NCBI GenBank assembly: GCA_965227295.1
Contig: OZ245742.1
Coordinates: 320,001-384,000 of the forward strand
Direction of reading: 5' to 3'
Origin: Leptonemataceae bacterium
GTDB lineage: Bacteria > Spirochaetota > Leptospiria > Leptospirales > Leptonemataceae
Length of the DNA: 64,000 bases
Shown: in pieces, positions 59,950 through 64,000 of the stretch
How positions within the stretch are numbered: the stretch's first letter is position 1
Layout: each line of letters starts with the position of its first letter
Program-made: the position numbers and the translations under genes
The notes under the pieces: model-generated
The model's database searches: none
What the model was told of the DNA's origin: nothing
Seen by the model: only the letters and a program-made list of their open reading frames with translations

Positions 59950-61021
59950 CAATGTACGCGCCGAAGACGCGGCCGGCCTGCGACTTGCGCTGAGTTTCGA
60001 TGCGCAAAAGTTAAGGGCGGACCTGGCTCGCATCCAGTCGGGCGAATGGTTTCCGCATTACAGCAACGACGCTCCCGGCGGCGGCTGGACCGTGGCGGCC
60101 CTGTTGAACGGGAGCGGACAGACCGGAGAGATCTACGCGGGCTCACCGTCCCGGCCGGTACCGACGCCGGCATTGCAGCGCTGCAGGTACCTCCCGCACG
60201 TATTTGCCGCCCTGCCCGGCCGGTTGCTTTCGGCGCGACTCATGCAACTGCAACCCGGGGCGCGGATCCTGCCTCACACGGATTCGGGACTGGGCCTGGC
60301 CTTCGGTCTGGCACGTCTGCACATTCCCATCACCACGGAACCGGCGCTTCAATTCCTGGTCGGCGGCCGGCGCTTGCGCATGCGACCCGGCGAACTCTGG
60401 TACGCCGACTTTTCCCTGGAACACACGATTGATCATCAGGGAACACAACCGCGCACGCATCTCGTGATGGACCTTGAGATCAACGCGGAGTTACAGCAGC
60501 TCCTGGACACGGCAAACGTTCACATCATCGCCGCCGACCGTCATCCCGCGCGCCGGCGCCTGCCGCGTATCCTCCCCGTTGCCGGGGACGAGCAAAACAA
60601 CGAGCCGTTGCGAAGAATCATATCTTTTCTCCGGGAGATCGGCATCCCGGTGCGTTCGGGGCGAAGCACCGGAGCCCGACTGGCCCCGGGCCTGACTTTG
60701 CGCGATGGATCGCTAATTGTAGATGCACAGAACTTAAGCGATGTCGCCGATCTGCTCGGCTATGCCGGTCATCTGGCGATCATTCCGGAAACCGAACGCG
60801 TACGCTTGTCGATCTTCGAAGTGGACCGGCGCAAGACGAACCCGCTCGCCCGGGGCTGGGCCTGGGCCGCGGCCCGGCACCTGAAGTTGCCGCTGCCGGA
60901 GGTTCACCCGGCCGCGGCCGATCTCCTGGAGTGGGCCGGACTGCCGGAACTTGCTGAAAGCGTACGCACCGGCGCGGCGCCTGCCAGGCGAAGGCGCTGG
61001 ACAGTGCAGTCTCTGCAGTGA
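59930..61021 (+). CDS. Aspartyl/asparaginyl beta-hydroxylase-type 2OG-Fe(II) oxygenase with an extra C-terminal domain
   Basis: [33 protein letters not shown]. Confidence 0.8.
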   Translation: METRNRNNVRAEDAAGLRLALSFDAQKLRADLARIQSGEWFPHYSNDAPGGGWTVAALLNGSGQTGEIYAGSPSRPVPTPALQRCRYLPHVFAALPGRLLSARLMQLQPGARILPHTDSGLGLAFGLARLHIPITTEPALQFLVGGRRLRMRPGELWYADFSLEHTIDHQGTQPRTHLVMDLEINAELQQLLDTANVHIIAADRHPARRRLPRILPVAGDEQNNEPLRRIISFLREIGIPVRSGRSTGARLAPGLTLRDGSLIVDAQNLSDVADLLGYAGHLAIIPETERVRLSIFEVDRRKTNPLARGWAWAAARHLKLPLPEVHPAAADLLEWAGLPELAESVRTGAAPARRRRWTVQSLQ

Positions 61022-61064
61022 TTCTGGCCGCATTGCGCCGGGGACGCCCCGCGAACAAAGTGCC

Positions 61065-62786
61065 ATGAAACTGAGACAGAACAACATCGAAAAACTCGAC
61101 GATCGCATCTTCGACGTGCTGATCATCGGCGGAGGGATCAACGGCGCCGTCAGCGCGTCGGCGCTCACTTCCCGCGGAGCCTCGGTGGCTTTGATCGACC
61201 GCGGAGACTTCGCGAACTATACCTCCCAGGAGTCTTCGAACCTGGTCTGGGGCGGCATCAAGTACCTGGAGACCTTCGAGTTCGGCCTGGTGCGTAAGCT
61301 CTGCGTGTCACGCAATCATCTCCTTAAGAACTATCCATCGAACATTAAAGAAATTCGCTTTTTCACCACCATCGCGAAAGGGTTTCGCTTTCATCCAGTG
61401 TTCATCTTCCTGGGCACCATGTTGTACTGGCTCATCGGCAATTTTTTTACGAAACCGCCGCGCTACCTCACCGCCGGACGCATCCACCGCGAGCAGCCAG
61501 TGGTCAAGACCGAGGGCACTGCCGGCGGCTTCGAGTACAGTGACGCGTTCTTGATCGATAACGACGCCCGTTTCGTTTTTAAGTTCGTGCGCGCGGCCCT
61601 GGACCACGGCGCCATCTGCGCAAACTACATCGAATCCCTGGGTTCGACCCGGGCCGTGGAAAACGGCGAAGAGATCTGGATCACCCGCGCCGTGGATCTC
61701 ATGTCCGGCCGTCGTTTCGATGTGCGTTCGAAGATCGTCGTCAACGCCTGCGGACCCTTCGTAGATCGGCAGAACGAACTCAGCGACGAGTCCACCGAAC
61801 ACCGGCATCTCTTTTCCAAGGGCGTCCACTTGATCGTGGACCGGGTTACGCCGGTGCGCACCGTACTCACGTTCTTCGCGGACGACGGACGACTCTTCTT
61901 CGTAATTCCCATGGGCGCCCGTTCGTGCATCGGCACCACGGACACACGCGTCGAGGAGTTGCCCGCCGTCGTAACCGACGAGGACCGTAACTTTATTCTA
62001 GAGAATGTCAACAAGCGCCTGAATCTCGCCACCCCGCTGAGCATCGACGACGTCATCGCCGAGCGTTGCGGCGTCCGCCCGCTGGTGATCAAGCAGCAGG
62101 CCGGCGGCGCCGGGGACACCGGAGACTGGACGGCCCTTTCACGCAAGCACGAGGTGGAAATCGATTCCGCGCGCAAACACATCAGCATTTTCGGCGGCAA
62201 ACTGACGGACTGCATCAACGTCGGCGACGAAATCGCCGAGGCGGTGCGGGACTTCGGCGTTACGATGCCTTACTACGACGTGAAGTGGTACGGCGAACCG
62301 GTGGGCGAACTGCGCGACGAGTACTTCCACCAGGCGAAGCTCATGGACGTGGACGCGCTCACGCATCCGAACTCGTCGGAAAAAATCAGCAAACGGCTGT
62401 GGCGGCGCTACGGCGGACGGGCCCTGGGCCTGCTCGAGGACATTCGCCGGGACCCGGGCATGGCGGAGGTCCTCATCGAAGGCACGGAGTATCTCCGTTG
62501 CGAACTGCATCATGCCGCGAAACACGAGATGGTTACGAAACTCGAAGACTTCCTGCGCCGACGTTCGAAGATCGTTCTGGTCGCACGCAAGCATAAGATT
62601 CGAACGGCGCCGGGACTAAAAGAGGCGTGTGAGATTCTCTTCGGCGCAAAAGAGGCGAGGAAGAAATTCGACGAGTACTTTCGCGAGACCTCGGAGAAAG
62701 GCAGGGCAGCAAGAAAATCCGCGGCGCGCAAAAAGCCGTTGTCTAAGACGCAGGGCCGGCGCCGAACCGCGCGTAAGTCTCAGTAA
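61065..62786 (+). CDS. glpD: FAD-dependent glycerol-3-phosphate dehydrogenase/oxidase
   Basis: DVLIIGGGING, TSQESSNLVWGGIKYLE, SKGVHL, IGTTD, GVRPL, GGKLT. Confidence 0.88.
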   Translation: MKLRQNNIEKLDDRIFDVLIIGGGINGAVSASALTSRGASVALIDRGDFANYTSQESSNLVWGGIKYLETFEFGLVRKLCVSRNHLLKNYPSNIKEIRFFTTIAKGFRFHPVFIFLGTMLYWLIGNFFTKPPRYLTAGRIHREQPVVKTEGTAGGFEYSDAFLIDNDARFVFKFVRAALDHGAICANYIESLGSTRAVENGEEIWITRAVDLMSGRRFDVRSKIVVNACGPFVDRQNELSDESTEHRHLFSKGVHLIVDRVTPVRTVLTFFADDGRLFFVIPMGARSCIGTTDTRVEELPAVVTDEDRNFILENVNKRLNLATPLSIDDVIAERCGVRPLVIKQQAGGAGDTGDWTALSRKHEVEIDSARKHISIFGGKLTDCINVGDEIAEAVRDFGVTMPYYDVKWYGEPVGELRDEYFHQAKLMDVDALTHPNSSEKISKRLWRRYGGRALGLLEDIRRDPGMAEVLIEGTEYLRCELHHAAKHEMVTKLEDFLRRRSKIVLVARKHKIRTAPGLKEACEILFGAKEARKKFDEYFRETSEKGRAARKSAARKKPLSKTQGRRRTARKSQ

Positions 62787-62845
62787 GACGCCCGGCACCT
62801 CAAAAAAGATGTAACAAATCTCCGGCGCCTGGATCATACTGACGT

Positions 62846-63535
62846 ATGATCGACCTCTACACCGCCGCCACCCCGAACGGACACAAAGTCAGCATCGTGC
62901 TCGAAGAACTGGGCCTGCCGTACACCGTGCACGCCCTGGACCTCATGAAGCGCGAACAAAAGGAAGACTGGTACCTCAAGATCAATCCCAACGGACGCAT
63001 CCCGTCCATTGTGGACCGGGACAACGGGGACTTCGCGGTTTTCGAGTCCGGCGCAATCCTCATGTATCTCGCCGAAAAAACCGGTAAACTCTTGCCCGGT
63101 GATGTTAAGCGGCGCAGCGAGGTGATTCAGTGGCTCATGTTTCAGATGGGCGGCGTCGGGCCGATGCAGGGCCAGGCGAACGTATTCTTTCGTTACGCAC
63201 CGGAGAAAATTAGTTACGCCATTGAACGTTATCAAAAAGAAACCCTGCGGCTCTACGGGGTGCTCGAAGCACGACTGGAATCTCAACAGGAACACGGTGA
63301 GGACGTGTATCTTTGCGGCGATTACAGCATCGCCGACATCGCCACGTTTCCCTGGGTCCGTTCTTATGCCTGGGCCGGCCTGCGAATCAAAACGCTGCCC
63401 TTGCTGCGGGCCTGGCTCACACGCATTGCCGCGCGGCCGGCGGTACAACGCGGCCTGGCCGTACCGGCCCGCCCGGGTACGGACGATGAAGACGGCACCG
63501 AGCAGATAAAGAAAGTCGGCCGCAGCATCATTTAA
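62846..63535 (+). CDS. Glutathione S-transferase (YfcG/YghU-like)
   Basis: [43 protein letters not shown]. Confidence 0.94.
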   Translation: MIDLYTAATPNGHKVSIVLEELGLPYTVHALDLMKREQKEDWYLKINPNGRIPSIVDRDNGDFAVFESGAILMYLAEKTGKLLPGDVKRRSEVIQWLMFQMGGVGPMQGQANVFFRYAPEKISYAIERYQKETLRLYGVLEARLESQQEHGEDVYLCGDYSIADIATFPWVRSYAWAGLRIKTLPLLRAWLTRIAARPAVQRGLAVPARPGTDDEDGTEQIKKVGRSII

Positions 63536-63553
63536 CGGAGGGTGTCGCGCAAA

Positions 63554-64000
63554 TCACAGGAGCGGCGCATCCACGACAATGCGCGGCCCGGGCATTCCCG
63601 GAGAACCCGGCTCTATGCGCAACTCACCGCCGATCAAGCCCGCACGATACCGCATCGTGCGCATGCCCATACCCGCCCGATCGTCGTAACGTTCCGACGC
63701 CGGGTTCAACGGCATCCCATCGTTTTCGATGCGCAGATACAGCATGTGATCACCGTCCGTAAGTTCGATGCGAATCTTTTTCGCCTGACCGTGACGACGA
63801 GCGTTGGTCACTGCTTCCGTGGCAATGTAATAGAGGTTCGTGGCTATCTCCTGATCCACGCGCTCCGGTGAATCCCCGGCATCGAGCACGCACTCGATTC
63901 CGAACAAGATCTGCACGGATTCACAGAGAGACATGAGCGCCGTCTCCAGGCCCCCGCTATCCATCGCCACGGGCGACAGTCCCCGCGCAAGACTGCGGGT
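63554..64000 (-). CDS. Sensor histidine kinase (NarX/UhpB-type HATPase), 5'-truncated by the window edge
   Basis: LYYIATEAVTNARRHG, IENDG, GMGMRTMRYRA. Confidence 0.9.
   Translation of the reverse strand, partial: TRSLARGLSPVAMDSGGLETALMSLCESVQILFGIECVLDAGDSPERVDQEIATNLYYIATEAVTNARRHGQAKKIRIELTDGDHMLYLRIENDGMPLNPASERYDDRAGMGMRTMRYRAGLIGGELRIEPGSPGMPGPRIVVDAPLL

Noticed and set aside
1-64000. CRISPR array, tRNA/rRNA, integrase, transposase or prophage genes
   Set aside because: No regularly spaced repeat-spacer units and no recognisable motifs were seen

Overview
64 kb of GC-rich (about 60% by eye) bacterial chromosome. Gene content points to a Leptospirales/Leptospiraceae-like spirochaete: a TIGR04388-like giant protein, an Lsa36-like outer-membrane protein and a 7TM-SpoIIE phosphatase. 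Most genes are housekeeping or metabolic: fatty-acid oxidation enzymes, an arginine decarboxylase / carboxy(nor)spermidine dehydrogenase / NspC / agmatine deiminase polyamine set, lysC, murI, recQ, glpD and a GST. I found no rRNA, tRNA, CRISPR array, integrase or transposase. The most unusual items are: (1) a promoter-driven structured RNA of about 200 nt at 49.3-49.5 kb with a 15-nt match to the 16S 3' end, a 14-codon ORF and alternative pairings; (2) an inverted pair of Flavo-1-like structured repeats between convergent genes; (3) an 1814-aa polymorphic-toxin-like protein with beta-hairpin repeats and a low-GC tip; (4) two paralogous RelE/ParE toxin-antitoxin modules that have decayed in complementary ways; (5) a double-TIR protein, a PilZ-GNAT fusion, a transporter-HEAT-cNMP fusion, a divergent FabI-like protein and a tandem pair of unknown paralogs. 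All family calls come from motif recognition by eye, not from database searches.
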